A stretch of DNA of 64,000 nucleotides from an uncultured Actinomycetes bacterium. GTDB taxonomy: Bacteria > Actinomycetota > Thermoleophilia > RBG-16-64-13. Below, piece after piece: positions 19,990-30,129 of the stretch (positions within the stretch are counted from its first letter, which is position 1; each line of letters starts with the position of its first letter). The notes under the pieces are model-generated. The model made no database searches, was not told where the DNA came from, and worked only from the letters and a program-made list of their open reading frames with translations. A program made the position numbers and the translations under genes. The DNA lies in NCBI GenBank assembly GCA_963718375.1, contig CAVQZD010000012.1, positions 2,316-66,315 of the forward strand, given 5' to 3'.

Positions 19990-22587
19990 ATGGGCAAGGT
20001 GACGAGGTACACCAATTGCACTACAGGAGGTCCGGTCTTTGTAGATGTGGAGGATGGTAGGATCGTCCGGATGACCCCCATCGACCTGGACAAGGACGAT
20101 GCGCAGGGGTGGACCATCCAGGCTCGTGGCAGGGAGTTCTCACCGCCGCGGCGCACGACTCTATCGCCCCACGCGGTCGCGCAGAGGTCCATGGTCTATT
20201 CGCCCAAGCGCATCCTCACTCCGTTGAAGCGCACAGACTTCGATCCCAAAGGCGGCCGGAACCTCAAGAACCGCGGGGTGTCTGGCTACGAACCGATCTC
20301 GTGGGATGAGGCGCTGGACATAGTCTGCGACGAGGTCGTTCGGGTGAAGCGAGAGGTGGGTCCGGCGGCGATCCTCAGCTCCCCGGGATCGCATCATCTC
20401 TGGGGAAATGTGGGCTACCGGCACAGCACCTATTTCAGGTTCATGAATCTGGTGGGCTTCACCTATGGTGAGCACAACCCTGACAGCTGGGAAGGTTGGC
20501 ACTGGGGTGGCACGCATATGTGGGGCAACAGCCACCGCCTGGGGATCCCCGAGCAGTACGATCTGCTGGAGGACGCTCTCAAGAACACCGAGATGATCGT
20601 CTACTGGTCCTCGGATCCCGAGACAACTGGCGGCATCTACGCAGCTTTCGAAAGCACCTCACGTAGACAGTGGCTCAAGTCCCTAGGTGTGAAGATGGTG
20701 TTCATTGACCCGTACTTCACTCCGACCGCCGGCATGTATTCGGACAAGTGGTTCTCGCCGCGTCTTGGTACAGATGTCGCCTTCGGCCTGGCGATAGCCC
20801 ACACTTGGCTCACCGAGGGGACCTACGACAAGGAATACGTGGCTTCGCACACCGTCGGCTTCAACGAATGGAAGGCCTACGTGCTGGGAGAAAGCGACGG
20901 GCAGCCGAAGACGCCCGAGTGGGCCGCGGGCGAGTCGGGCGTACCCGCGCGGGAGATCCGGGCGTTGGCCCGGGAGTGGGGCGCGAAGAAGACGATGCTG
21001 GCCGCAGGTGGTCTAGGCGGATGGGGAGGCGCTTGTCGCTCCGCGACAGGGAACGAGTGGGCACGCACCATGATCGCGTTGGCTGCCATGCAGGGTTACG
21101 GAAAGCCGGGTAGCAACATCTGGGGCACTACACAAGGTGCGCCGTTCGACGCTTCCTTCTTCTTCCCGGGCTACGCTGAGGGAGGCATCTCCGGCGACGT
21201 GGATAATTCAGCAGCCGGTTTTGAGTTCGTCTACCGGATGTTTGCGGGCAGGCGTGGAGCTACCCGTACGGCACATCACTCGACCGAGGGCCAGACGATA
21301 CCGCGCATCAGCATTCCTGAGGCCATGATGCATGAGAAGGTCGAGTGGCGAGGCAAGGGGTTTTGCGGCTCGTCCATAGAATCGCAACTGCAGAAGTATG
21401 AGTACCCGGCTCCAGGCTATCCCCATGTAGAGATGTACTGGAAGTACGGTGGGTCCTTCATCGGGACGATGACCGAGACGAATCGCTACGTGAGAGCTTA
21501 CCGCGAGGGGCAGGTCCCATTCGTCGTGAACCAATCCGTCTGGTTCGAGGGTGAGGCGCGGTTTGCAGACATCATCCTGCCGGCGTGCACCAACTTCGAG
21601 CGTTGGGACATCAGCGAGTTCGCCAATTGTTCGGGGTACATCCCTCACTCGTCGAGCCAGTGCAGCCATCGCATGATCGTGCTCCAGAAGAAGTGCATCG
21701 AGCCACTGGGTGAAGCCAAGTCCGACTACGACATCTACGCCATGTTCGCGGACCGGCTTGGGATAGGCGACATCTTCACCATGGGCGGCAAAGACGAGTA
21801 CGAATGGGTGAAGGACTACTTCGATGCCACCGATCTGCCCAAGCAGATCAGCTGGGAGCAGTTCGAGAAGAAGGGTTACTACGTGGTTCCCCTTCCCAAA
21901 GACTACAAGTCCACACCGGCCATGCGTTGGTTCTCGGAGGGTCGCGAGAAGGACACTCCCGACTGGGGCCCGCATCCGGCCGACACGGTGGCGCTGAAGG
22001 GACTGCAGACTACCAGCGGCAAGATCGAGTTCGTGTCAAGTAGTCTCACACGTTTCGAGAAGGTCAGCGGAGTGCTCGATCCCGAGAGGCCGATCATGGG
22101 TCCACAGTACATCCCGAGTTGGGAAGGCCACCGCACCAAGGAGTTGTACAAGAAGTATCCATTGCAGATGGTGTCTCCGCACCCGCGTTTCAGCTTCCAC
22201 ACCATGGGTGACTCGAAGGAGAGTTGGCTGAACGAGATCAAGGATCACCGAGTCCTGATCGACGGGCATCGGTACTGGATCATGCGCCTCAACGCTCAGG
22301 ACGCGGAGTCCCGAGGGGTCAAGGACGGTGACTTGATCCGTGCCTTCAACGACCGTGGTTCGGTGATCCTGGCTGCTCAGGTGGGTGAGCGGGTACCTGC
22401 CGGTACCGTTCACTCCTATGAGTCCTGTGCCGACTATCTGCCCATGGGGGAGCCGGGCCACTCGCCGGACATGTCCGGGTGTGTGAACATCCTGGCGCCC
22501 AAGCGGTTCATCACCCCCAACTCCACTGCCATGGCGAACAACTCCTGCCTGCTCCAGGTAGAGAAATGGGAGGGCAAGTCCAAATGA
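19990..22587 (+). CDS. athL: pyrogallol hydroxytransferase (transhydroxylase) large subunit
   Basis: GGPVFVDV, SHHLWGNVGYRHSTYFRFMN, HNPDSWEGWHWGG, LAAGGLGGWGGACR, PGYAEGG closely follow the Pelobacter acidigallici AthL sequence as recalled. Confidence 0.88.
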   Translation: MGKVTRYTNCTTGGPVFVDVEDGRIVRMTPIDLDKDDAQGWTIQARGREFSPPRRTTLSPHAVAQRSMVYSPKRILTPLKRTDFDPKGGRNLKNRGVSGYEPISWDEALDIVCDEVVRVKREVGPAAILSSPGSHHLWGNVGYRHSTYFRFMNLVGFTYGEHNPDSWEGWHWGGTHMWGNSHRLGIPEQYDLLEDALKNTEMIVYWSSDPETTGGIYAAFESTSRRQWLKSLGVKMVFIDPYFTPTAGMYSDKWFSPRLGTDVAFGLAIAHTWLTEGTYDKEYVASHTVGFNEWKAYVLGESDGQPKTPEWAAGESGVPAREIRALAREWGAKKTMLAAGGLGGWGGACRSATGNEWARTMIALAAMQGYGKPGSNIWGTTQGAPFDASFFFPGYAEGGISGDVDNSAAGFEFVYRMFAGRRGATRTAHHSTEGQTIPRISIPEAMMHEKVEWRGKGFCGSSIESQLQKYEYPAPGYPHVEMYWKYGGSFIGTMTETNRYVRAYREGQVPFVVNQSVWFEGEARFADIILPACTNFERWDISEFANCSGYIPHSSSQCSHRMIVLQKKCIEPLGEAKSDYDIYAMFADRLGIGDIFTMGGKDEYEWVKDYFDATDLPKQISWEQFEKKGYYVVPLPKDYKSTPAMRWFSEGREKDTPDWGPHPADTVALKGLQTTSGKIEFVSSSLTRFEKVSGVLDPERPIMGPQYIPSWEGHRTKELYKKYPLQMVSPHPRFSFHTMGDSKESWLNEIKDHRVLIDGHRYWIMRLNAQDAESRGVKDGDLIRAFNDRGSVILAAQVGERVPAGTVHSYESCADYLPMGEPGHSPDMSGCVNILAPKRFITPNSTAMANNSCLLQVEKWEGKSK

Positions 22588-23423
22588 AGAAATGGCATCT
22601 CATCATCGACTGCGCCCTGTGCCACGATTGCAACAACTGCTTCTTAGCGGACAAGGACGAGTTCGTCGGCAACGACTTTCCTCCGCTCTCTGCGGCTCAG
22701 CCCTGGTCAGGGCACAGATGGATGGATATCGATCGCAAAGAACGCGGCCAGTACCCGATAGTAGACGTCGTATACCTCCCTCGACCCTGCATGCACTGTG
22801 CCGAGGCCCCTTGCATGGAGGCGGTTCCAGGTGGAGCGGTCTATCGTCGCGACGACGGTCTGGTCATAATCGATCCGATCAAGGCGAAAGGCCGCAGGGA
22901 GTTGGTCGAGTCCTGCCCATACGGAGCCATCTACTGGAACGAGACGGCTCAGGTCGCGCAGAAATGCACCGGCTGTGCCCACCTTCTTGACCAGGGCTGG
23001 ACCGAGACCCGCTGCTCGCAGGTCTGCCCGACGGGTGCCATCAAGCTCGTTCTTGCCGACGACCGTGAGATGGCCGAGCTGGCGGCAGCCGAAGGTCTGC
23101 AGGCCTACCGGGAAGAGCTTGGCACCAGGCCGCGCGTGCTGTACAAGAATCTACACCGTTGGGACAAGGTCTTCGTGGGAGCTAGCGTAGTCTGTAGGGA
23201 CACCGACGAATGCGTGGAGGGCGCCCACGTCACTGTCACGGCCAGCGGAGGCGAAGTGGGCGAAGCCAAGACCAACAACTACGGTGAGTTCAAAGTGGAC
23301 AAGCTCGACCCCGGCAAGGAGTACGAGGTCATCATCGAGGCTGCCGGGTACAAGCCCTATGAGAGCGGGGTCAAGTTGGACAGCAGTCTGAACCTTGGTG
23401 CGGTCTTTCTCCAGAAAGCTTGA
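22584..23423 (+). CDS. bthL: pyrogallol hydroxytransferase Fe-S small subunit
   Basis: IDCALCHDCNNCFLADKDE, PCMHCAEAPC, CPYGAIYWN, KCTGCAH, C-terminal beta-sandwich (TNNYGEFKVD); ATGA overlap with athL. Confidence 0.85.
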   Translation: MKKWHLIIDCALCHDCNNCFLADKDEFVGNDFPPLSAAQPWSGHRWMDIDRKERGQYPIVDVVYLPRPCMHCAEAPCMEAVPGGAVYRRDDGLVIIDPIKAKGRRELVESCPYGAIYWNETAQVAQKCTGCAHLLDQGWTETRCSQVCPTGAIKLVLADDREMAELAAAEGLQAYREELGTRPRVLYKNLHRWDKVFVGASVVCRDTDECVEGAHVTVTASGGEVGEAKTNNYGEFKVDKLDPGKEYEVIIEAAGYKPYESGVKLDSSLNLGAVFLQKA

Positions 23424-23453
23424 GCCCGAGCGCTGCGGGCCTAGCTCGCTGCC

Positions 23454-23948
23454 TTGCGCACGATGGCCGCTATCCTGGCTTCGGTCGGCCCGTCCAGGGT
23501 GTCCAGGAACCAAGAGGCGCTGCGTAGCTGGTCCGGCGCGTCCGGTTCCAGGGTGTGCGGCGAGGCCGGCATCCTGGAGCGAGTGACCGAACAGAAGCGA
23601 GCCGAGCGCGCCGCGGCCGGCCCTGCGGCCGGCGCCACGCAAGCGGCCCAAATGGGCATCACCAGCGCCGAGGCAGCCTTCACTACACCGGCGGAGCTGT
23701 TCGGCTGTGCCGACTGGACGGTCGCGGCGGCCGACGGCCCCGACGCCGATGGCAGCTTCGAGGCCCACGCCACCCGGTGCATGCTCTGCGCCCTCGCCAA
23801 GAAGCTGGACGCGCCCAGCCCCTGCCACATCTTCTGTCTGGACCCGATCGAGTCCATCGTGTCGACGCTCCGACCGGACGCGACCTTCGAAGTCCAGGAG
23901 ACGCTGTATGCGGGTGAGGGGTGTCGGGTGCGAGTCGGTGGGGGGTGA
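23454..23948 (+). CDS. Cys-rich V4R/ATC-hydrolase-like hypothetical protein (start uncertain)
   Basis: ELFGCADW, RCMLCALAKK, SPCHIFCLDP, ETLYAGEGCRV. Confidence 0.55.
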   Translation: MRTMAAILASVGPSRVSRNQEALRSWSGASGSRVCGEAGILERVTEQKRAERAAAGPAAGATQAAQMGITSAEAAFTTPAELFGCADWTVAAADGPDADGSFEAHATRCMLCALAKKLDAPSPCHIFCLDPIESIVSTLRPDATFEVQETLYAGEGCRVRVGGG

Positions 23949-23980
23949 GGACAGCGGCGCCGCCACCCCAAGGTAGCGGG

Positions 23981-25030
23981 TCACGCCACGGAGAATCTGA
24001 ACACGGTCCTCTCTTCGTACCGTTGCCCGGGCTCGAGCAGGGTGCTCGGGAACGTCGGACGGTTGGGCGAATCCGGGAAGTGCTGCGTTTCCAGAGCCAG
24101 GCCTTGGTGGCGCTTGTAGACCGCTCCATCGGCACCGGCGACTCCCGCGAAGTGGTTGCCTGTATAGAGCTGGACGGCGGGTTGGGTCGAGAGGACCTCC
24201 ATCCGGCGGCCGCTGCCCGGATGGTGCACGTCGGCGAGGGGGCTTAGGCCCGGTTCGCCGGCAGTGGCCACGAGACAGACGTCGTAGAGCTCGCCAAAGC
24301 CTTCGCCACGTGCGGCGATGTCCTCACCGACGCGTTTGGGCTGGCGGAAGTCCAGGGGTGACCCGGCGACGGCGACCACCTCTCCCGTAGGGATGAGTTC
24401 CCCATCGACGGGCAGGAAGTGGTCGCACTCGAGGGTGAGTTCATGATCCAGCACATCACCCGAGTCGTGGCCCCCGAGGTTGAAGTACGAGTGGTTGGTC
24501 AGGTTGACGTGGGTCGCCATATCGGTCGAGGCGGCGTAGTCGATCTGCAGTTCGGCGTCCAGGGAGAGGCGGTAGGTGACCCGCACTTCAAGAGTGCCGG
24601 GATAACCCTGCTCCCCATCCGGGCTGGTGTAGCTGTACTCGACGCCCACAGAGTCCTCAGTCTCGAACGGTTCGGCCTGCCAGACCCGCTTGTCGAACCC
24701 CACAGTCCCCCCGTGCAGGTGGTTGCGCCCTTCGTTCGCGGTGAGGGGATAGCGCCTGCCGTCGAGTGAGAAGCTGCTCCCGCCGATGCGGTTGGCGTAC
24801 CGGCCCACAGTGGCTCCGAGATAGTGCGTGCTCTTCTCATACGCCTCTAGATCGGCGTGGGCCAGTACGAGGTTGGCGGTCTGTCCATGGCGGTCCGGTG
24901 TCTCCAGCCTGAGGAGCGTCGCTCCATAGGCGATCACCTTAGCGGAGATGCCCGCTTCTCCGACCAGCGTGAAGGCGTCGACTTGCTCACCCCCACTGGT
25001 CGTGCCGTATGTATATCGCTCGACCTTCAA
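23981..25030 (-). CDS. galM: aldose 1-epimerase
   Basis: GATVGRYANRI, HLHGG, NLTNHSYFNL, QLYTGN, ETQHFPDSPN. Confidence 0.93.
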   Translation of the reverse strand: MKVERYTYGTTSGGEQVDAFTLVGEAGISAKVIAYGATLLRLETPDRHGQTANLVLAHADLEAYEKSTHYLGATVGRYANRIGGSSFSLDGRRYPLTANEGRNHLHGGTVGFDKRVWQAEPFETEDSVGVEYSYTSPDGEQGYPGTLEVRVTYRLSLDAELQIDYAASTDMATHVNLTNHSYFNLGGHDSGDVLDHELTLECDHFLPVDGELIPTGEVVAVAGSPLDFRQPKRVGEDIAARGEGFGELYDVCLVATAGEPGLSPLADVHHPGSGRRMEVLSTQPAVQLYTGNHFAGVAGADGAVYKRHQGLALETQHFPDSPNRPTFPSTLLEPGQRYEERTVFRFSVA

Positions 25031-25046
25031 CCGCCGGCCTCTCCTG

Positions 25047-26717
25047 CTAGCAGCTTGCTTGGTCCCGGAGGTCGCGCAGGCGGTGCAGCACCTCCGACTG
25101 CCGACCGAAATAGTCGTGCAACTCCTTGTATTCCCTGTAGAGCGCGTCGTACTCCTCGGCTCGGCTCGGGTCGGGTACTACCACTGCTTCCTCCCGTCCA
25201 CCCATGGCCCGGGACGCGGCGAAGATGTCCGGGTACGCTCCGGCCGCGACTGCGGCATGGATGGCCGAACCCAGGGCCGGGCCCTGGTCTGAGCGCGTGA
25301 TGCTCAAGGGGCGCCGGGTCACGTCCGCGTAGATCTGCATGAGGAACTCGTTCTTGACCAACCCGCCGGCCACCACGAACTCCGTCACGGGCACCCCTTG
25401 CGACTCGAAGGCTTCGATGATGGTCCTGGTGCCGAAGGCCGTGGATTCCAGAAGCGCCCTGTAGACATGCTCGGGCTTGGTCGCCAGGGTGAGCCCCGCG
25501 ATGACCCCGCTCAGGTGGTGGTCGACCAGGATGGAGCGGTTGCCGCTAAGCCAATCGAGGGCCACGAGCCCGTGTTCGCCGACCTGCTGCAGAGCGGCCG
25601 CCTGCGTGAGGTAGTCATGGAGGCTCAGGCCTTGCGCGGCCGCGGCCTCGGCATAGCTGCCGGGCACGCTGCTTTCGACGAACCAGGCGAAGATGTCGCC
25701 GACACCACTCTGACCGGCCTCGTAGCCCCACAGCCCAGGCAGGACCCCGTCCTTGACGACTCCGCACATGCCCGGGACTTCGGCCAGCACATCACCGTTC
25801 ATGATGTGGCAGGTGGAGGTGCCCATGACGGCCAGCATCTGACCCGGTTCTATCGCCTGGGCGGCCGCGGCGGTCACATGTGCATCGACGTTGCCCACCG
25901 CTACAGCTATGCCTTCGGGTAGGCCGGTCCAGCGCGCGGCCTCAGCTGTGAGCGAGCCGGCGCGACCGCCCAGCGCAGAGAGCGGATGAGCGAGCTTGTC
26001 GTCGACGAAGTCGACGAACGCCGGCGAAAGAGCGGCCAGGTACTCGCGCGAGGGCCAGGCTCCGTCTTGGTAGATGCCTTTGTAGCCGGCCGTGCACACG
26101 TTGCGGGTCTCGGTCCCGCAGAGTTGCCAGATGATCCAGTCGGCCGCCTCGATCCAGCGGTCGATTCGGGCGTAGACCTCCGGGTCTTCGGCGAGCACCT
26201 GGAGGGCCTTCGCGAACTCCCATTCCGACGAGATCTTGCCGCCGTACCGGTCTATCCAGGGCTCTCTGCGCTGGTGGGCCACGTCGGTCACCAGGTCGGC
26301 CCAGGGTTGAGCGGCATGGTGTTTCCAGAGCTTGGGATAGGCGTGCGGCCGGCCGGCCAACTCGGGTAGCTCACACAAGGGGGTGCCGTCCCGCAGCGTG
26401 GGCATGACCGTGCACGCCGTGAAGTCGGTCCCGATGCCTATCACGCTGGCGGGATCAACACTCGCTTCGCGGAGCGCGGCCGGTACGGCCGCGCGTAGGG
26501 CCCCGCGCCAATCCTCGGGTATCTGCAACGCCCAGTCAGGGGGCAGAGGCTCACCGGTGGAGGGGAGTACGTCATCGACCACCGCGTGGGGGTACTCATA
26601 CACGGCGCTGCCCATCTCGGCGCCGTCGCGCACCCGCACGACGAGCGCCCGCGCAGACAGGGTCCCGAAGTCCACGCCAACGGCATAGACGTCGCGGCCG
26701 AGGTCACTGGGCATCAT
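25047..26717 (-). CDS. araB: L-ribulokinase
   Basis: GVDFGTLSARA, KLWKHHAAQ, RYGGKISSEW, MGTSTCH, GYEAGQSGVGDIF. Confidence 0.95.
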   Translation of the reverse strand: MMPSDLGRDVYAVGVDFGTLSARALVVRVRDGAEMGSAVYEYPHAVVDDVLPSTGEPLPPDWALQIPEDWRGALRAAVPAALREASVDPASVIGIGTDFTACTVMPTLRDGTPLCELPELAGRPHAYPKLWKHHAAQPWADLVTDVAHQRREPWIDRYGGKISSEWEFAKALQVLAEDPEVYARIDRWIEAADWIIWQLCGTETRNVCTAGYKGIYQDGAWPSREYLAALSPAFVDFVDDKLAHPLSALGGRAGSLTAEAARWTGLPEGIAVAVGNVDAHVTAAAAQAIEPGQMLAVMGTSTCHIMNGDVLAEVPGMCGVVKDGVLPGLWGYEAGQSGVGDIFAWFVESSVPGSYAEAAAAQGLSLHDYLTQAAALQQVGEHGLVALDWLSGNRSILVDHHLSGVIAGLTLATKPEHVYRALLESTAFGTRTIIEAFESQGVPVTEFVVAGGLVKNEFLMQIYADVTRRPLSITRSDQGPALGSAIHAAVAAGAYPDIFAASRAMGGREEAVVVPDPSRAEEYDALYREYKELHDYFGRQSEVLHRLRDLRDQASC

Positions 26718-26735
26718 CGTATGGTCCGCCTTTAC

Positions 26736-27758
26736 TCAGACATGGGCAGTGGGGCCGGCCGTGCTGGAGCGCATCACCAGCGAGGGGGCTATCACGGAGC
26801 GCGACGACGTGATCGGCCGACCCTCGATCATGTCCAAGAGCAGTCGGATACCTGTGCGCCCGACCGCCTGGAAGTCTTGCAGCACCGTGGTCAAAGGAGG
26901 GGCGAAGAACCCTGACTCGGGCGCGCAGTCAAAACCCACCACGCTGATGTCTTCGGGCACCCGTACGCCTCTCTCACTGCAGGCCTTCAAGAAGCCCAGA
27001 GCCATGTGGTCGTTGGCACTGAAGACGGCGGTCACGCCGGGTTGGGCCAGCAGCGCCTCGGCCGCTTCGTAGCCAGAAGGTGCCGTCCAGTCCCCTCGGA
27101 CCACCGGAGGTACCGGCGCCCCGGCCGCCTCGAGTGAGCTTCTCCACCCTTCGAGTCGGGCCTCAGCCTCCAACCACGTGCTGGGACCGGCAAGATGATG
27201 CACTGTGCGATGTCCGAGGCCGAGTAGGTGTTCGGTCGCCAGGCGAGCTCCGAGGGGTTGGTCGACTCCGACGGACGGGGTCCGCAGGGTGCCGCTCTCG
27301 CTGCCGACGGTCACGAGCGGAGCGTCTATCGTCACCAGCTCCAATAGGTGGGAGACGCTCTCGCCCAAGGTGACGATGACGTACCCGTCCGGTGAATGTT
27401 GGCCAAGCACGTCGATCGCCTCGACGACGGAGTCCTGGCCGGCTGTGTCGAGGCTGACCACGTTGACCAGATACTGGGCCTCACGCGCGGCCCGCTGGAT
27501 GCCCACTAGGGTAGAGGCGGGACCGTACCAAGACGTCCCCGAGGCGACCACTCCGATCATGTGTGTCTGGTTCGTCGCGAGCGCTCGTGCGACGCTGTTG
27601 CGCCGGTACTGCAGGGTCTCAGCTGCTTCTATCACCCGGTCCCGGGTATCGGGCCTCACCACCGGCAGGTCGTTCATCACCCTGGACACGGTCTGATGCG
27701 AGACTCCGGCCAAGGCGGCCACATCGGCCATGGTCGGGCGGCGTCGCTCCTGTGTCAC
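26736..27758 (-). CDS. LacI-family transcriptional regulator (arabinose)
   Basis: PTMADVAALAGVSHQTVSRV, ANDHMALG, VPEDISVVGFD. Confidence 0.93.
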   Translation of the reverse strand: MTQERRRPTMADVAALAGVSHQTVSRVMNDLPVVRPDTRDRVIEAAETLQYRRNSVARALATNQTHMIGVVASGTSWYGPASTLVGIQRAAREAQYLVNVVSLDTAGQDSVVEAIDVLGQHSPDGYVIVTLGESVSHLLELVTIDAPLVTVGSESGTLRTPSVGVDQPLGARLATEHLLGLGHRTVHHLAGPSTWLEAEARLEGWRSSLEAAGAPVPPVVRGDWTAPSGYEAAEALLAQPGVTAVFSANDHMALGFLKACSERGVRVPEDISVVGFDCAPESGFFAPPLTTVLQDFQAVGRTGIRLLLDMIEGRPITSSRSVIAPSLVMRSSTAGPTAHV

Positions 27759-27822
27759 CCGGTCGCTCCTTGAGTGGTTGACATCGACGAGACGGTAGCC
27801 TAGAGTAGCGGCCACAGTCAAG

Positions 27823-27838
27823 ATGTTAGCGGAAACAT
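27823..27838. promoter_or_regulatory. LacI-type operator between the divergent lacI and araA genes
   Basis: atgttagcggaaacat approximates TGTTAGCGCTAACA; TATAAC at 27843-27848. Confidence 0.7.
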
Positions 27839-27868
27839 TGGCTATAACAAAGGGACCAGACCGCCGAC

Positions 27869-29344
27869 ATGAAGCATCTGGAGATATGGTTCGTGGTGGG
27901 CTCGCAGTCCATGTATGGCCCAGAAGTGTTGGAGACCGTGGCCGCGCGCGGGGCTGAGATGGCCGCCTTCATCGACAGCCAACCTGCGATCCCCTGTCGA
28001 TTCGTCTACAAGGGGACGATGAAGTCATCGGCTGAGGTCGCGGACATCGTCAAGCAGGCGAACGCCGCCGATTCTTGCTGCGGCCTCGTGACCTGGGCCC
28101 ACACCTTCTCCCCCAGCAAGATGTGGATCGCGGGCCTGAGTCTACTGCAGAGACCTTGGTGCCATTTCTGCACCCAATACAACCGGTCGATCCCCGCCCA
28201 AGAGATCGACATGGACTTCATGAACCTCAACCAGGCCGCTCACGGCGATCGGGAGCATGGGTTCATCGGCGCCAGGATGCGGCTGACGCGAAAGATCGTG
28301 GCGGGCTACTGGCAGGACGAATCGCCGCTCCAAGAGCTCGGCGACTGGATGCGCGCGGCGGTCGGCTGCAGGGCGAGCCGAGAGACCCGAGTCGTGCGCT
28401 TCGGTGACAACATGCGTGAGGTCGCGGTCACCGAAGGGGACAAGGTGGAGGCTCAGATCAAACTGGGTTGGCAGGTGAACACTTGGCCTGTGGGTGAGCT
28501 GGCGGACACCATCGGCAAGGTCGCCGAAGACGAAGTCGACGGGCTGCTTGACGACTACCGGCAGCGCTACGATATGGCGACCGACGACTCTGAGGCCGTG
28601 CGTTACCAGGCGAGAGCCCAGATCGCGATCGAGACCATCCTGGTGCGAGAAGGCGCAGGCGCCTTCACCGACACTTTCGAAGACCTCTGGGGCCTGGAAC
28701 AGCTCCCAGGCCTGGCGACGCAGGACCTGATGGCAAAGGGTCACGGGTTTGGGGCCGAGGGCGATTGGAGGACCGCCGCCATGACCCGCATCATCAAAGA
28801 GATGACCCAGGGCCTTGACGGTGGCACGAGCTTCATGGAGGACTACACGTATCACTTCGAGCCGGGCAACGAGCTGGTCCTGGGCGCCCACATGCTTGAG
28901 GTGTGTCCGACCATCGCGGCAGGTAGACCGCGCATCGAGGTGCATCCACTGGGCATCGGCGGCAAACAAGCGCCGGCCCGCCTGGTGTTCGACGGACACG
29001 GGGGCGACGCGGTGGTGGTCTCTCTGGTGGACATGGGTGGGCGGCTGCGCCTGATCGTGCAGGACGTAGAATGCGTGGAGCCGCCTATTGCGATGCCCAA
29101 CCTCCCCGTCGCCAGGGTGATGTGGCGGCCAGCCGCGGGGCTGACCGAGGGCATACGCCAATGGATACTCACCGGCGGCGCTCATCACACAGTCTTGACC
29201 TATGCCGCCACCCCGGCGATGCTGAGAGACTGGGCGGACATCATGGGCATCGAGTTCGTGCACCTCTCCGCGGATACGCGTAGCGAGGATTTGAAGGACC
29301 GGCTGGAGTTGGCTGACGTGCTCTGGAAGCTGAGAGGTCTGTAG
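27869..29344 (+). CDS. araA: L-arabinose isomerase
   Basis: WFVVGSQSMYG, HTFSPSKMW, NLNQAAHGDRE, GFGAEGDW, SFMEDYTY, GAHMLEVCP, GGAHH. Confidence 0.97.
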   Translation: MKHLEIWFVVGSQSMYGPEVLETVAARGAEMAAFIDSQPAIPCRFVYKGTMKSSAEVADIVKQANAADSCCGLVTWAHTFSPSKMWIAGLSLLQRPWCHFCTQYNRSIPAQEIDMDFMNLNQAAHGDREHGFIGARMRLTRKIVAGYWQDESPLQELGDWMRAAVGCRASRETRVVRFGDNMREVAVTEGDKVEAQIKLGWQVNTWPVGELADTIGKVAEDEVDGLLDDYRQRYDMATDDSEAVRYQARAQIAIETILVREGAGAFTDTFEDLWGLEQLPGLATQDLMAKGHGFGAEGDWRTAAMTRIIKEMTQGLDGGTSFMEDYTYHFEPGNELVLGAHMLEVCPTIAAGRPRIEVHPLGIGGKQAPARLVFDGHGGDAVVVSLVDMGGRLRLIVQDVECVEPPIAMPNLPVARVMWRPAAGLTEGIRQWILTGGAHHTVLTYAATPAMLRDWADIMGIEFVHLSADTRSEDLKDRLELADVLWKLRGL

Positions 29345-29346
29345 GA

Positions 29347-30033
29347 GTGCTTAGAGATCTGAGAAGACAGGTGCTGAAGGCGAACTTGATGCTGCCCGAG
29401 CACGGGCTGGTCAGCTTCACCTGGGGCAACGTCTCCGGGATAGACAGGGAGCGGGGTCTGATGGCCATCAAGCCCTCGGGCGTCGCGTACGAGAAGCTCA
29501 AGACGGGTGACATCGTGCTGGCGGACATGGCTGGCGGGCCGGTCGGCGGTGCTCTCAAGCCCTCGTCTGACGCGCCCACTCACCTTGAGCTCTACAAGGC
29601 GTTCCCCGACATCGGCGGAGTAGTGCATACCCATTCACGCTGGGCCACCGCCTTCGCCCAAGCGGGCAGGGGTATCCCGGCTCTGGGCACGACCCACGCC
29701 GACTACTTCTACGGCGAGATCCCCTGCACCCGTCCCCTTAAGGACGAAGAGATCCGGGAGCGCTACGAAGCCAACACAGGCATAGTCATCGCGGAACGCT
29801 TTCGGGACCTGGACCACGGGCAGATCCCCGGGGTGGTGGTACACGGCCACGGTGTGTTCTGTTGGGCCGACACTCCTGTGGAGGCCGCCGGACTAGCGAT
29901 AATGCTGGAGGAGATCGCCCTCATGGCCTGGCACACCCTCGTGCTGGACCCCGCCAATCCGGGCATGCAGCAGAGCCTGCTGGACAAGCACTACCTGCGC
30001 AAACATGGACGGGACGCCTACTACGGGCAGTAG
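29347..30033 (+). CDS. araD: L-ribulose-5-phosphate 4-epimerase
   Basis: FTWGNVSG, IKPSGV, PSSDAPTH, VHTHS, GTTHADYFYG, RKHG..AYYGQ. Confidence 0.97.
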   Translation: MLRDLRRQVLKANLMLPEHGLVSFTWGNVSGIDRERGLMAIKPSGVAYEKLKTGDIVLADMAGGPVGGALKPSSDAPTHLELYKAFPDIGGVVHTHSRWATAFAQAGRGIPALGTTHADYFYGEIPCTRPLKDEEIRERYEANTGIVIAERFRDLDHGQIPGVVVHGHGVFCWADTPVEAAGLAIMLEEIALMAWHTLVLDPANPGMQQSLLDKHYLRKHGRDAYYGQ

Positions 30034-30047
30034 CCTTCCGAAGGGTA

Positions 30048-30110
30048 GTTAATGTCTTAACCATCGCGCCGAATCCTGCTATGCTGGTGAAGTCGTTAAT
30101 GGCTTAACCA
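30048..30110. promoter_or_regulatory. paired palindromic operators flanking an extended -10
   Basis: gttaatgtcttaacca (30048-63) and gttaatggcttaacca (30095-110); TGcTATGCT at 30077-85. Confidence 0.75.
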
Positions 30111-30129
30111 CTTTGGCGGACGGTGGCAC

